Shown piece by piece: positions 25,380-37,942 of a stretch of 57,688 bases of DNA. A model generated the notes under the pieces. It saw only the letters and a program-made list of their open reading frames with translations, was not told the DNA's origin and searched no databases. Position 1 is the stretch's first letter; each line of letters begins with the position of its first letter. The stretch spans positions 9,219,858 to 9,277,545 of the forward strand of contig NC_068991.1 in assembly GCF_001194135.2 (NCBI RefSeq), written 5' to 3'. The position numbers were made by a program, and so were the translations under genes. The DNA comes from Octopus bimaculoides (lineage: Eukaryota).

Positions 25380-25575
25380 CCAGCCCACCACAGATTGAGA
25401 ACTGGTGTTAGTTTGTTTACATCACCGTAACTTAGCGTTTCGGCAAAAAAGACCGATAGCATAAGCGCCAGACTCAAAAATATTAAAAATAAATGTGGTT
25501 GATTTGTTCGAGTAAAACCTTTCATACGGTACCCCAGCTTGGCCACAGTCCAATGACTGAAACAAGAAGACGACA
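25148..25575 (+). mobile_element. SINE family B, full length, internal (TG)n
   Basis: TGGCTGTGTGGTTAAAAAGCTCGC, GGGTTCAGTTCC, CCTTGGGCAAATGTCTTC, (TG)n, CCGTAACTTAGCGTTTCGGCAAAA, CAATGACTGAAACAAG. Confidence 0.88.
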
Positions 25576-25707
25576 AAAATGTACTCCTCTATAATTCTAG
25601 CACATAATTTAAAGACTTCGCCCCGTGAGAACGAAAAGTAAAGTCAGGCGTGGTGGGATTTGAACTCAGAAGATGAAAGAAATATATCTAAATTAAGTAC
25701 TAGCATC

Positions 25708-25895
25708 AAATTTTGGCGCAAGGCCAGTAACATGGGGGGAGGTGGTAAGTCGATTACATCGACCCTAGTATCCAACTGGTACATATTTTATTGGCCCCCA
25801 AGAAGAATGAAACATAAAGTCGGCCTCGACGAAGTTTGAACTCAGAACGTGAAGACGGAGAGATGCCGTGCTAACAATTTTACCAGCTCGCCGCC
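25708..25895 (-). mobile_element. SINE family A with probable 19-bp target-site duplication
   Basis: Flanks ATATCTAAATTAAGTACTA (25684-25702) and ATATCTAAATTCAATACTA (25898-25916), 2 mismatches. Confidence 0.85.
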
Positions 25896-26591
25896 CCATA
25901 TCTAAATTCAATACTATCGCACCATTCTCCCTGCAATGCTACTGTGACGTACATGCTTGGTTGTTTCATTTTCCACGTTAGATAATATTAAAGCAACAAT
26001 TACCGTTCGCGGTAGATATGAATGTTTTGAAATATTAACTTATCTTTAATCTAAGAGACCTTTCTGATATTTGTACGAACGCTAAATGGCAGTGTGTATC
26101 CAAATATCTTGGATAAAACTAATCTGCGTTTCAGGGAAAATTGCATTTCGTTTCGTCTAATCTCCGTCCATTTTACTTCCATATCTCTAGTCACCTTTGA
26201 ATATGAGCGGATTTCTAACAGAAAATAATTTTTCTGTGGGGCAGATTTTCAGCAAACTCAGTATGTCACAGATTCACGGAATTAAGAGTACAGGAACCTT
26301 TGAGACCTTTCTTTGTTACTTCGAACAGAATCAGTGTACATATGTGTGTGTGTCTCTGTGTGTGTGTGTGTGTGTGTCTCTGTGTGTGTGCGCGCGTGTG
26401 TGTGCGTGTGTACGTATGTATATGTGAGTATGTATGTTATAGACTCACAATATATCTGCCTTTCTTTCTGTCTCTCTCTCCCCCATTGTCAGTGTTTTGA
26501 TATCAATATATCATTAATGTATGTATGTGTGTCTGTGTGTGTATGCGTGTGTGTGTTCGTGTGTCTGTGTGTGTTTTTGTATGTCTGTGTT

Positions 26592-26820
26592 TGGAGGCGT
26601 GTAGCTTAGGATGTTGCACACATGATCGTAAGATCGTGGTTTCGGTTCTTGGACCGGGCAATGCGTTCTGTTCTTGAGCGAAACACTTCATTTTACTCTA
26701 GTTCACTCAGCAGTCAGAAGGTAATAATCGTGCAACGACCGGCAGAATCCACATAATCCGGGACGTCCACACAATCCGCGAAAACCGATCCTCCGAGCGT
26801 ATGGCACGATAAGAGCCTTT
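26592..26820 (+). mobile_element. SINE family C-related copy
   Basis: GATCGTAAGATCGTGGTTTCG..GTTCTTGAGCGAAACACTTCATTT..CACTCAGC. Confidence 0.65.
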
Positions 26821-26905
26821 GAACTTTTGTTTCTTTGTTTTTTTTTATGTACATACATACGTGTATGTGCGCGTTTGTGTGCATGTATTTCTATTATAAT
26901 AGTCA

Positions 26906-27235
26906 AGCGCATGACTCAGTGGTTAGAGCGTCGGGCACACAATCATGAAGTAGTGAGTTCGATTCCCGGACCGAGTTCTGTGTTGTGTTCTTGAGCAAGA
27001 CACTTTTTTTCACGTTGCTCCACTTAACTCAGCTGTAGAAATGAGTTGCGACTTCACTAGTGCCAAGCTGTATCGGCCCCTTTGCCTTTCCCTTGAATAA
27101 CATCGGTGAAGGCTGGTGTAGATGGGTGACAGTTAACCGTCCCTAAATACCTCGCCCGGACTTGTGCCCTGGAGGGTAACTTTCTAGGTGCAATCCCATG
27201 GTCATTCATGATCGAAGGGGTCTTTACTCTTTTTT
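26906..27235 (+). mobile_element. SINE family C-related copy with a distinct 3' tail
   Basis: GCGCATGACTCAGTGGTTAGAGCG (A box), GAGTTCGATTCCC (B box), TGTTCTTGAGCAAGACAC, ACTCAGCTGTAGAAATGAGT. Confidence 0.85.
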
Positions 27236-27460
27236 AATCAGGCATCGGTATGTGACCGAAGAAAATCTCTTTCTTATCATGCAGTGGGACTGAGCCCGGG
27301 ACCAAAGGTTACCAACACTACCAATGGTTTCATGTATCTTAAGAATTACCAAGCCTTCCACACGAGAGCGTTGGTACTCGTCTCCAAAATTTAGCCTTGT
27401 TAACCCAGAAATAAAGAATATCTACCTATGCTGTGTCGAGCACTCATGCTCACTGTTGGA

Positions 27461-27569
<109 letters not shown>

Positions 27570-28221
27570 TTTATGCGTATCTATATACGAATAAGTATGT
27601 GCATGACACACCTGAAAATAATTGAAATGTATCGTAGATAGAAACACAAAATAGGAAGCTAAGTCCAGAAACCGAAACCATTGTTCTGATTATGACACGT
27701 CTCAGTGATTTTCGTTTTTAACTGCCTTGGACATTAGAGATATGAAAGCACGCAGTAATCGCGTTATTTCTTCTCTGTGTTGCTTGTGTGAAGCAATTAT
27801 CGTCAGCAACACATTAGTGTGTGCAGGCAATCGAAAAAGACAGGTAATGTGTAATAATATCACATTGTGTAAGGAGAGTTATAGCTTAGCCAAGATTTAT
27901 TAAGATCTCACTGCGTATTTACTGATATATCTCTCCGTGTAAACAAATCATCTTGTTTATAATCATCGATATATCTATGTATACAAAGAATGAGCACGGG
28001 CATACATAGCGATATCTTGAAGTGTATATTTATAAAAGGATATCTCAGAATGCATAGTTAGTGATATAAATCCCTGCGGTACAAGCATAATATTTCAGTT
28101 TGTTTGAAGATCATGCTGTCTTCGAAAGTCAAGTTTCAGTGTAGAAACTTTCTCTATGTGTGTGTATGTGTGTGTGCGTGCGCGCGAGTGTGTATGCATA
28201 CATATGCATAATTATACATAT

Positions 28222-28260
<39 letters not shown>

Positions 28261-28263
28261 ATG

Positions 28264-28304
<41 letters not shown>

Positions 28305-28531
28305 TAGTTTAAAAGAGTTCCAACACTGTCTGTTTTTTATGTTTTATTTATATTCCTGCAGAACCAATGTGGGGTATAGAATATGGAATATACAATATAT
28401 AATATAATATACAATATATAATATAAAATAAAATAAAATAAAAATGGATGGCACCATGAAATAAAGTATTAAATGTAGATGAGATATTGAGTGTTCAATA
28501 TAAAGGATCAAATATATAAATATAAATATAT

Positions 28532-28574
28532 AAAGGCGACTCGAGTTTCAGGGCTATTTCCCTTCGTCATGGCC
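28532..28574 (-). ncRNA. Minimal type-I hammerhead motif, C3 position disrupted
   Basis: Minus strand: GGCC-A-TGACGA AGGG-AAATAG-CCCT GAAA C-TCGA-G TC GCC; palindromic loop III (UCGA), GUC triplet. Confidence 0.6.
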
Positions 28575-29487
28575 GGTATGACAGATATATGTGCGTGTGT
28601 ATATATGTGCGTGTATGTGAGTGCGTGTGTGGGCGCACGTGTAAGCATATATGTGTTGATGTTGATGCTGCTATAAAACTCACTATGTAGTATTGTTACG
28701 TATTTATTGTCATGTACATATTATCAAGCTTTCACCATCAGATAATTAATACCGGATGACTTTATATGTATACAACCTAACGATGTATTACGTGGCCGTG
28801 TCTATATTGAAGTACATTAAGTACGTCTAAATCAAACTCACGTAATCTCTCTCTCACACATACACACACACATTCACTCCCTCTCCCTCCCTCTCTCTCT
28901 CTCTCTCTCTCTCTTTTCTTTTCCTCTGGATCCTTTAACATCGAAAATATTTTAATACATAGTATTAATCATTTCAGTGTGCATATCTCATTATTTCAGT
29001 GCGTAAATCTCAGTTTGGGAGATAACACACACATCGCTTTTGAAAATTGATATCACACGCTGCAGAAAATATGAGATATTTTCGTTGAAATTCATCGCCG
29101 AGGTTTAGTAAGCTGCTGTCATTCATTACACCTCTGTTTTCTATTTGTGAGACAGCTGGTACTATGCAAACCACAGATCAATTAATCTTTCAGACGACGT
29201 ATACATGCTACCTGTTAACAGTGATATATTACGCATATATGTTTCCACACGTCTGTATTGTGTCACGCCATCTTTTAAGTGTGAAATAGTAAAGTATTAA
29301 AGAATACAGAAATCGAAAGATACGGACCAATGTACTGCGTAAACAAATCAGTCAGAATAACAAATTGTACATATCTTTTAGGTCTTCGATAGCTTAAAAC
29401 GGGCAGAGAGCTTATCTCCAATTTCCGTGCATTATGCACATGATAGCATTTTCTGACGATCTGATATCTTTCGTCGTCACGTGCTTA

Positions 29488-29518
<31 letters not shown>

Positions 29519-29569
29519 ACTTAGATATACACACATACATTCATACATATATACATACTGACACACGTG

Positions 29570-29605
<36 letters not shown>

Positions 29606-29867
29606 TATGCAGGGCAGGGAATCGTCAATTAGTAATAAAATTAATAATTAACAATTTTGCCGGGTAGCTCAGTATGAAAAAACCTTTTCGGTAAAAATCA
29701 TTTATAATCATAAATATATAGGGATTGACAGTAACCTGCTCCTCCAACATACTGAGAATTCAGAAACAGCAGTCAAAGAACCACTGATTCCAAAAACTAC
29801 AAATTATTACTCTAAATTGATAGCGATATTTTTGATACACACAGAACAAAAAACAGTAGAGAAGAGT

Positions 29868-30082
29868 AAAAAACCACCTGCCTTTAGTTAATTTAGTACG
29901 ATCGTTTCACAGTTCTTAACGTCTTCCTCACGTGGTATTGATGTCGCATGGTCAAAATTAACGTGAGTTATTTAGACATTAACAAATTTATTAGAATATT
30001 TAGCTGAAGATCAGAATAGAGTATTCTTTACTCTTAACTGTGAAACGATCGTACTAAATTAACTAAAGGCAGGTGGTTTTTT
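29868..30082. repeat. Perfect 47-bp inverted repeat (29868-29914 / 30036-30082); right arm runs into a gap
   Basis: AAAAAACCACCTGCCTTTAGTTAATTTAGTACGATCGTTTCACAGTT and its exact reverse complement. Confidence 0.95.
29998..30059 (+). ncRNA. Minimal type-I hammerhead ribozyme motif
   Basis: ATTTAG (stem I) CTGAAGA T-CAG..AGAGTA-TTCTT-TACTCT..CTG-T (stem II) GAAA C-GATC-G TA | CTAAAT (stem I); GUA triplet, predicted cut after 30053; U-U at 10.1/11.1. Confidence 0.72.
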
Positions 30083-31654
30083 NNNNNNNNNNNNNNNNNN
30101 NNNNNNNNNNNNNNNNNNNNNNNNNNNNNNNNNNNNNNNNNNNNNNNNNNNNNNNNNNNNNNNNNNNNNNNNNNNNNNNNNNNNNNNNNNNNNNNNNNNN
30201 NNNNNNNNNNNNNNNNNNNNNNNNNNNNNNNNNNNNNNNNNNNNNNNNNNNNNNNNNNNNATATATATATATATATAGGTTAAAGAACTAAGTACAAAAT
30301 GGTAGAGTAGGTTATTTTTCAGCTGTAATTCTATTGATTGTGTTACTATTAATTCCACGTTTTGCAGATTTTCAAGCGTTCGATGTAAATAAATAATAAC
30401 ACTTTTGTTTTTATATAACAGAATAAATTGTAAAAACCGTTGAATAAAGGACTGTGAATATAAAACCTCTTTTTTGTGTGTGAATACTTAATAATAATAA
30501 ACGTATTCTATATTATCAGTGTTTATTATCAGTGTTTCACCCGCTTGTCATTTTGATATGAATATGTGAGCGATATTCGTGTGTGAGTGCATGTATGTTT
30601 AAATGAAACTATATGCCATATGTTTAATAAGCATATATTTACTCTCACAGTGAAAAGAAACGTCGTAATTGAGACATAGGGCTTTCGGCAGCTTGGAAAG
30701 AATTAAAGAATCATCAGGGATATTGTGAAGTGACAAGTTTGATAATTCATTAAGAAATCATCAGGGATCGCTTATCTCTACCTGTCAATTTGTCAAAGTT
30801 AAGAATCATAAGACTACTTATAGAAGACGTAAACCAAATTATGACAGACATAATGGAATATACATAATCATGCATTGCAGGCCCTCTTAAATTAATGAGG
30901 AGTGCAGCTATCGACCTTTCATTGGATTCCCCTATCGACAAGATCTATCGTGAAGATCGCCCCACTGCCCTATTTTAAAGTGTTTGGGTAGGTACTTTTC
31001 CTGTTTGGTGGCTATGGCGAAAGCCCTTGTGTGGTGGGCTAAGCTTAAAAGAAACAGGATGTTCACTTTCCTCTTCGATCAAGCTCTATTCGGCTTTTTC
31101 GAATTTTATTTGAAAAGAATATGAGGGCGGAGAGAGAGAAGTGCTCTCTGCTTATGAATTTTTCAAAAGATGGATGACTGCGGCGAAAACGGATAGAGTG
31201 GATGAATCTACTCTAAACACGGATCTGTGGATCAAAGAACAACAGCTGGGAGTGAGAGAGAATACATGCCCTTGTTGGTCAGGATGATCCTAGGTCTGTA
31301 GGGTTTTTGACTGGTTCTTGCTGAGGGCTCTTGCATCATGCATGTATTAATATATTTTGTTTATTATTCGTCTCTCTCTCTCTCTCTCTTTGCCTTCTCA
31401 TTCGATAATATGTAAACCGTCACACGACTTATAATCTATCTTTCTAATGTTTTCTTCATCCAACGCAAATAAAAGAAATCCTCCACCTCTTCATCATCAT
31501 AGCAGTGAAATCTCTTTGCAATCATACCCTATTGTTCTAAAGCAAGGACACAACAGGTAATTGTGTACTCGTAGACATGTTATTGACCAGATAAGACACA
31601 GCTGATCTAGGGGTTTGGGTAGAGGTCAGTGTCAACGACGCCAAGCTAGCCTCA

Positions 31655-31742
31655 CGTGTACCAGTTGAGTACTGGGGTCGATGTAATCGACTTACCTCCT
31701 CCTCCGAAGTTGTTGGCTTCGTACCAAAATTTGAAACCATTA
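31655..31742 (+). mobile_element. SINE family A 3' tail fragment
   Basis: GTACCAGTTGAGTACTGGGGTCGATGTAATCGACTTAC...CCAAAATTTGAAACC. Confidence 0.8.
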
Positions 31743-32030
31743 TCATTATTACTATTATTATTGTTGTTGTTTTGTTTGTTGTTGTTGTTGTTGTTCTTGT
31801 TATCATCATCAACATCGTCATCATCGAATCATTATTACTATCGTCATCGTCGTCATCATCATTATCATCGTCATCAGCAGCGGCATCACCACCATTGTTA
31901 TTATTATTATTGTTATTACTATTATTATCATCACCGTCATCATCATCATCATCATCATTATCATTATCATCGCCATCATCATCATTCATCATTGTCATCG
32001 TCATCATCAGCACCACCATTATCACGTCAT
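31743..32030. repeat. Compound trinucleotide tract (ATT/GTT/CAT/CGT)
   Basis: Direct reading; produces the spurious poly-D/N/H/S ORFs. Confidence 0.95.
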
Positions 32031-32628
32031 AAAATCGATAAAATAAAGCTCGTGCATAGCTGACTTGCGGATTAAACATGAACAACAGCAACCACCCCCA
32101 CCCTCGAAGAAAGAAAGAAAAAGAAAAAGAAAAAACATAGCATAATAAATGATAACAAAATGGAGGCGGGGAAAACTTATTACCAGTTGTAAAATTCTTA
32201 AATGAGGCTGTATAAGAAAACAAAAAGTGTTTTCCCACATGTTTCCAAACTATCAGAGAAACCATATGTGTACAGGTTTATCATTAAGAGGCTATCGCGG
32301 GTTCACTATTCCATCAACATAACAGCGGACTGAACGTGTTTGGTTTTTGAGTTGGGTTTTGTTTTGTTTTGTTGTTTTTTTGTTTGTTTTTTAAGAAGGT
32401 ATTTTTGTTTTGTCTTTGTTTTTTGTGTTTTTGTTTTTTTTCTTTTTGTTTTGCTTTTTTTAAAATCTATTTATGGCGGTAGCTTAGTCATTTGATGAGA
32501 GGTAAACGCTTGTAGTTTTGCATGCATAGATATATCCAAGCGTACAAACATACAGTTATGTGTGTATGAGTCTGTTTCTGTGTATCTGTGAATATATATG
32601 TGTGTGTGTGTGTGTATACATATATTTG

Positions 32629-32690
<62 letters not shown>

Positions 32691-33205
32691 NNNNNNNNNN
32701 NNNNNNNNNNNNNNNNNNNNNNNNNNNNNNNNNNNNNNNNNNNNNNNNNNNNNNNNNNNNNNNNNNNNNNNNNNNNNNNNNNNNNNNNNNNNNNNNNNNN
32801 NNNNNNNNNNNNNNNNNNNNNNNNNNNNNNNNNNNNNNNNNNNNNNNNNNNNNNNNNNNNNNNNNNNNNNNNNNNNNNNNNNNNNNNNNNNNNNNNNNNN
32901 NNNNNNNNNNNNNNNNNNNNNNNNNNNNNNNNNNNNNNNNNNNNNNNNNNNNNNNNNNNNNNNNNNNNNNNNNNNNNNNNNNNNNNNNNNNNNNNNNNNN
33001 NNNNNNNNNNNNNNNNNNNNNNNNNNNNNNNNNNNNNNNNNNNNNNNNNNNNNNNNNNNNNNNNNNNNNNNNNNNNNNNNNNNNNNNNNNNNNNNNNNNN
33101 NNNNNNNNNNNNNNNNNNNNNNNNNNNNATATATATATATACGTACATATATATATGTGTGTGTGTGTGTATGTGTGTGTATGTGTATATATATATATGT
33201 ATATA

Positions 33206-33241
<36 letters not shown>

Positions 33242-33463
33242 TGTATATGTGTATGTATTTATGTATACACACATACACATTGCGTATGTATAATAAGGGA
33301 GAAAGAGAGAGAAAGTGAGAGAGACGAACAGGCAGGCAGACTGACAGACAGGCTGGCAAGCAGGCAGGCAGCCAGGCAAGCAGTTTGGTATAAATAAAAA
33401 TAATATTGATACTTCATGTTTGTACATAAAACGTTAGCCGACCACGGTGCACATGCGTATGTA

Positions 33464-33499
<36 letters not shown>

Positions 33500-33876
33500 C
33501 TATGTAATGTGTATGTACGTATGTATGTAATGTGTGTACGTGTGCATAAACAAAGACTGACAGACCCGCAAAAAGGGCTATTGGTACATACAAACATAAC
33601 ATACATACATTTTTATCTGTGTGTGTATATACAAATAAACTTGCAATCAACTTTGTTTTTCATTACTTCCATCAGTCTGTCATCTTCTGCATCTTTTCTT
33701 CGGCTTTTTATTTATTTATGTATTTTGTAGTTTCTTGCCTTTTTCTTATTGTTTCTTTCCTTTTCCCTTTCTATTATTTTCGTTCCATTTTTTCCCCCAC
33801 TATTTATCTTGTTTTTTTTCTCATAAATCGCTTTAGTCGCCTAGCATCTCATATATCTGTTTCTCCACCTTAGTAA

Positions 33877-33919
<43 letters not shown>

Positions 33920-34031
33920 CGCTCTCTCTTCCTTTCTCTCTCTCTCTCAATCTTACTATCCTTTAATTTCTTTTGTAACCCGTCTTTTCCCTCCATTCTA
34001 ATTCTTGGTCGTTGCTCTCTTGTGTCCTCCT

Positions 34032-34065
<34 letters not shown>

Positions 34066-34205
34066 NNNNNNNNNNNNNNNNNNNNNNNNNNNNNNNNNNN
34101 NNNNNNNNNNNNNNNNNNNNNNNNNNNNNNNNNNNNNNNNNNNNNNNNNNNNNNNNNNNNNNNNNNNNNNNNNNNNNNNNNNNNNNNNNNNNNNNNNNNN
34201 NNNNN

Positions 34206-34254
<49 letters not shown>

Positions 34255-34825
34255 CACATGCGCAATTCTTCCACCGTACTCCACTTGTTTGCTCCCCTTT
34301 TCTCTTCACGGGATTCTAAAGGTTTAGTGAAATCGTTCCAGCATGCAGAGACAAGTTATCAAATAGCCATGAATACCGTATCATGTTCTTCTTACAATAA
34401 CATTATGCCAATGAGAACGATAACAGTAGTAGTTGCAGTAGCAGTAGCAGCAGCAGTAGTAGTATCGGTGGTGGTGGTGGTGGTATGGTGGTGGTGGTTG
34501 CTGTTATTGTGGTTGTAACAATAATAATTATAACTTCTTACATTCGGCCCAGGGGCCCGTAAAGTTGTAGTTGAGGAGGTTTGTAAACGATACACATACA
34601 GATTGAGGGTTTTAAATTCAGAAATAACAGGCAGAGAGACAAAACCTGTATACTATAATCTCTAGAAGTATTATTCTAAAATCGTTTCTCAGTCTTGGCA
34701 CAGGAATAAGGGAGTGGGGCCGCTGTTTTTTGAATCAACCTCCCAGTTTTCTGTTTCACTGGAAATTAATGTTTATCGGACCTGAGAGCTAAGTCTGCTG
34801 CGATGACATTTGAACTCACAATGTA

Positions 34826-35263
34826 TCTTTTCTCTTTCAGCTTTTACTTGTTTCAGTCGTTAGACTTCGGCCACGCTGGGGCACTGCCTTGAAGAATCTT
34901 TTAGTCGAATAAATCAACCCCAGTACATAACTTTTTTTTTAGCTTGGTACTTATTCTATCGCTCTCTGTTGCCAGTTTGCAGAGATACGGAGACGTAAAC
35001 AAACCAACACTGGTTGTCAAGCGGTGGTGGGGTCAAACACAGACATAAAGACACACCACACGCACACACATACATACACACACACACACGCGCACGTACA
35101 AACACACACACACACATACATTTACATGCGAGCTTCTTTCAATTTCTGTCTAAATTCATTCACAAGGAGGTTATAGTAGAAGACACTTGCGCAAGGTGCC
35201 ACACAGTGGGATTGAACCTGGAACCAAGTGGTTGGGAAGAAAACTTCTTACCACACAGCCACG
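34826..35263 (-). mobile_element. SINE family B, near full length, internal (AC)n
   Basis: TTTTACTTGTTTCAGTC tail; GGTTGTCAAGCGGTGG; TATAGTAGAAGACACTTGCGCAAGGTGCCAC; CTTACCACACAGCCAC head. Confidence 0.88.
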
Positions 35264-35404
35264 CTAGTGTCTCTACTTCAAGATATTTTGTTCGACGCTC
35301 TGCCGTTTCTGACACGCACCATCCTGATAGCTTGATTGGTTTCTATTTTAGGTATAAGGCAGTTATTTTGAGGGGAGTGCACAGGGCCACATATTTGGTG
35401 GAAA

Positions 35405-35565
35405 TAGATATAGCTGGTTAAATCGACCACAGTGCTTAACTGGTATTGTATTTAATTTTATCGAAGGACGTAAAGCAAGTTTGACCTCGGCGAGATTTGA
35501 ACTCAGAAAACAAAAACCAGAACAAATACCGCAAGGCACTGTATCCGATGCTGTAATGATCTGTC
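35405..35565 (-). mobile_element. SINE family A, diverged
   Basis: TCGACCACAGTGCTTAACTGGTA...TTGACCTCGGCGAGATTTGAACTCAGAA. Confidence 0.7.
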
Positions 35566-36000
35566 AATGCAATATAATAATATCTGCAAATGAGCGTTAT
35601 GCCATTTATTTAAACCTCTGCAACTTCCAGAAGAAAGCCGAAGTAACCAGTCATCCGAATATAAATATAGCAATATTCTTGTATTATATTAGATAACAAA
35701 AACGGTACGAATGTAGAGGTAATTAATTCAGTAAAATGCCAAGTGACTACAGTATCTCAGACACAGGTGTTGCAGAAATGAAATTATTATTTATAGTAAG
35801 AAAAGAAAGGTACCCATTATTCCAAATATCACATTTATGGAATAACTGGCGTGAAAACATTATTTATTTTGCGAGAAGATTATCAGGAATCTTAGGCAAA
35901 CTTCAGAAAAATAAAGAATGTTGATGAATATAAATATTAGAAGCTCTTTCAGTGGACTTCTTTGTGGTTTTTAAAGAAGCTTACGTTATGCTTTATAATA

Positions 36001-36450
36001 TATATTAGTTGAAGTCAAAAATTCTCTGCACTTTCAGCAAAACTTTCGCATGCTAAAAGGTGTACTCTTATGGTTATATAACTGAGGTTTGACCTTGATC
36101 GCTCCAGTTTTCTTTCTTGTGTTACAGAGTAAACATGGCCTCTCTTCTGGCAGTGTGCACCAAGGAAGAACAGAGATCAGCGATCCGATTTCTCTGGTCT
36201 GAACGTGTGTCAGGGGCAGAAATTCATCACATGCTTTCAGTACAATACGGGGACAGCGCTCTATCGCGTAGAAATGTGTGAGTAGATCGAGAAATTTAAA
36301 ACTGGCCGGAGAACGTGAAGCACGAAGAGGGAGCAGAGCGTCCATCGATCTCCACCTCTGGTGTGAAAATTCAATAAGCTCAAAAGTCGGTTCTGGTGAA
36401 CCGGCGAGTGACCATCGATGAGGTGGCATGTTTTCTGCAAATTAGTCATG
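36001..36450 (+). pseudogene. Mariner (Tc1/mariner) transposase 5' fragment, N-terminal HTH region, frameshifted
   Basis: ATG at 36135: MASLLAVCTKEEQRSAIRFLWSERVSGAEIHHMLSVQYGDSALSRRNV / E*IEKFKTGR / NVKHEEGAERPSIST...VLVNRRVTIDEVACFLQISH; eroded TIR-like sequence near 36001-36035. Confidence 0.88.
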
Positions 36451-36964
36451 ATTTGTCCACAAATAGACATAGAGACCCTCTTAAACATGACCTAGCAGTA
36501 CATATGACAGCTGGAGAGAGAGGTGATTGCACTGACTCGAGGCTACTTCTTATTACAGCTGGCTAATATAGTAAAATGAGAAATAAAATGCCTTGTTTAA
36601 GAACACAGCACGCCACTCGGATTAGGAACTGAGAACACTCTTAACCACTTGTCCAACCGTCTTCACTTAAATACGTAAATAAATAGATAGATAAGAAATA
36701 GTTCTTGCTTGTTAAGGAAATATATTCAATGATAAGATCATTAAAAGGATATCTATTTACAACATACGTTTTATTTTTTTCAGTATGTCTTCTCCATATA
36801 TGTCTAGACTAATTTGAAAATAGCATTCGTGCATGAATCCTATCTTAATTCCAAAACTTTTAAATTATTGTAGAATCTATAAGGAAAACATTTATCAAAT
36901 TGAAAAGAAAAGACAAATAAGAAGTTTTTAAAGCGAGAAGAAGCAAAAAGATTATATTGGAATT

Positions 36965-37250
36965 ATTATATTAAGAAGAATTCAGAGAACAATTTGTGGA
37001 AAACGTTGAAGTAAACCATGGCATATCAGAAACTTCATTGAATATGGAATCTTTTTGAAACTTAATGAAATATCTAAGAGACCTAAAAATTGTAAGAGAT
37101 CTAGAAATCGAAATAATAAAAATAAAAAGATTTCTACAAAAATAGTTACGTTGGTGAAAAAGATGAATTAAGATATCAGCTATAGTAGGAAAAAAAACTC
37201 GAAAATGAAGACTAAACTCTTGTAAAAAGTGTGTTAACGACTTAGGACCA
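36965..37250 (+). mobile_element. Possible decayed RTE-type LINE linker fragment
   Basis: EEFREQFVENVEVNH..SLNMESF*NL and RW*KR*IKISAIVGKK resemble the FREQF..VES.WN and WW...V..AI..K motifs; weak. Confidence 0.35.
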
Positions 37251-37822
37251 GAATAATCAAAATATGTAGCATGTAAACAATCGACAATATCAGGTATATA
37301 GATTTCCGGTGTGCTAGGTGAGTGCATCACATTAACCAAACATGACAGATTTGTCATAAATATTGAGCTCACTCGACAATGTAACAATTGTTCATGATTA
37401 TATAAGCTATTTTTTCTGTCTTGTGATGAATGTAGTGACCGTTGTTCGGAGTTAGCAGGTCACATCCAAAGATTGTTGTCTCATCATATTGCACGGGGAG
37501 AATGCTGATGGCAAATTGGAAAAGTGACAAAAATCAGGACAGAACGGTGAGTGACATTCCACTCACACAAATCTTGTGCTCGTTTTCGTTGTGAGAAGTT
37601 ATATAACACGCAAACACCCACATACACACACACACACACTTACACACGCGTATATGTATATACATATACGCGGTGCTCTTCCGCACAGTTTCTATCCGTC
37701 TTGCAAATTCCACTCGGAAAGTATTAGTCAATTGTTAACTATGGTAGAAAGCAATTGCGCAAGGTACCACACAACGAATCGGACCTGTAACTCTGTAGAT
37801 GCAATAGCAAAATCCTCACTGA

Positions 37823-37942
37823 TTTCTCCTCCTCCTCCTCCTCATCTTCCTCTTCCTCCTCCTCCTCCTCATCATCATCTCCCTCCTTCTCCTCCTCCCC
37901 CTCTTCCTCTCCTCCTCCTCCTCCTCCCCTTCTTCTTCTTCT
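37823..37942. repeat. (CCT)n/(CTT)n polypyrimidine tract
   Basis: Direct reading. Confidence 0.95.

Noticed and set aside
3275-27235. tRNA-like A/B boxes as tRNA genes
   Set aside because: They continue into SINE bodies and do not form full cloverleaves; they are SINE heads.
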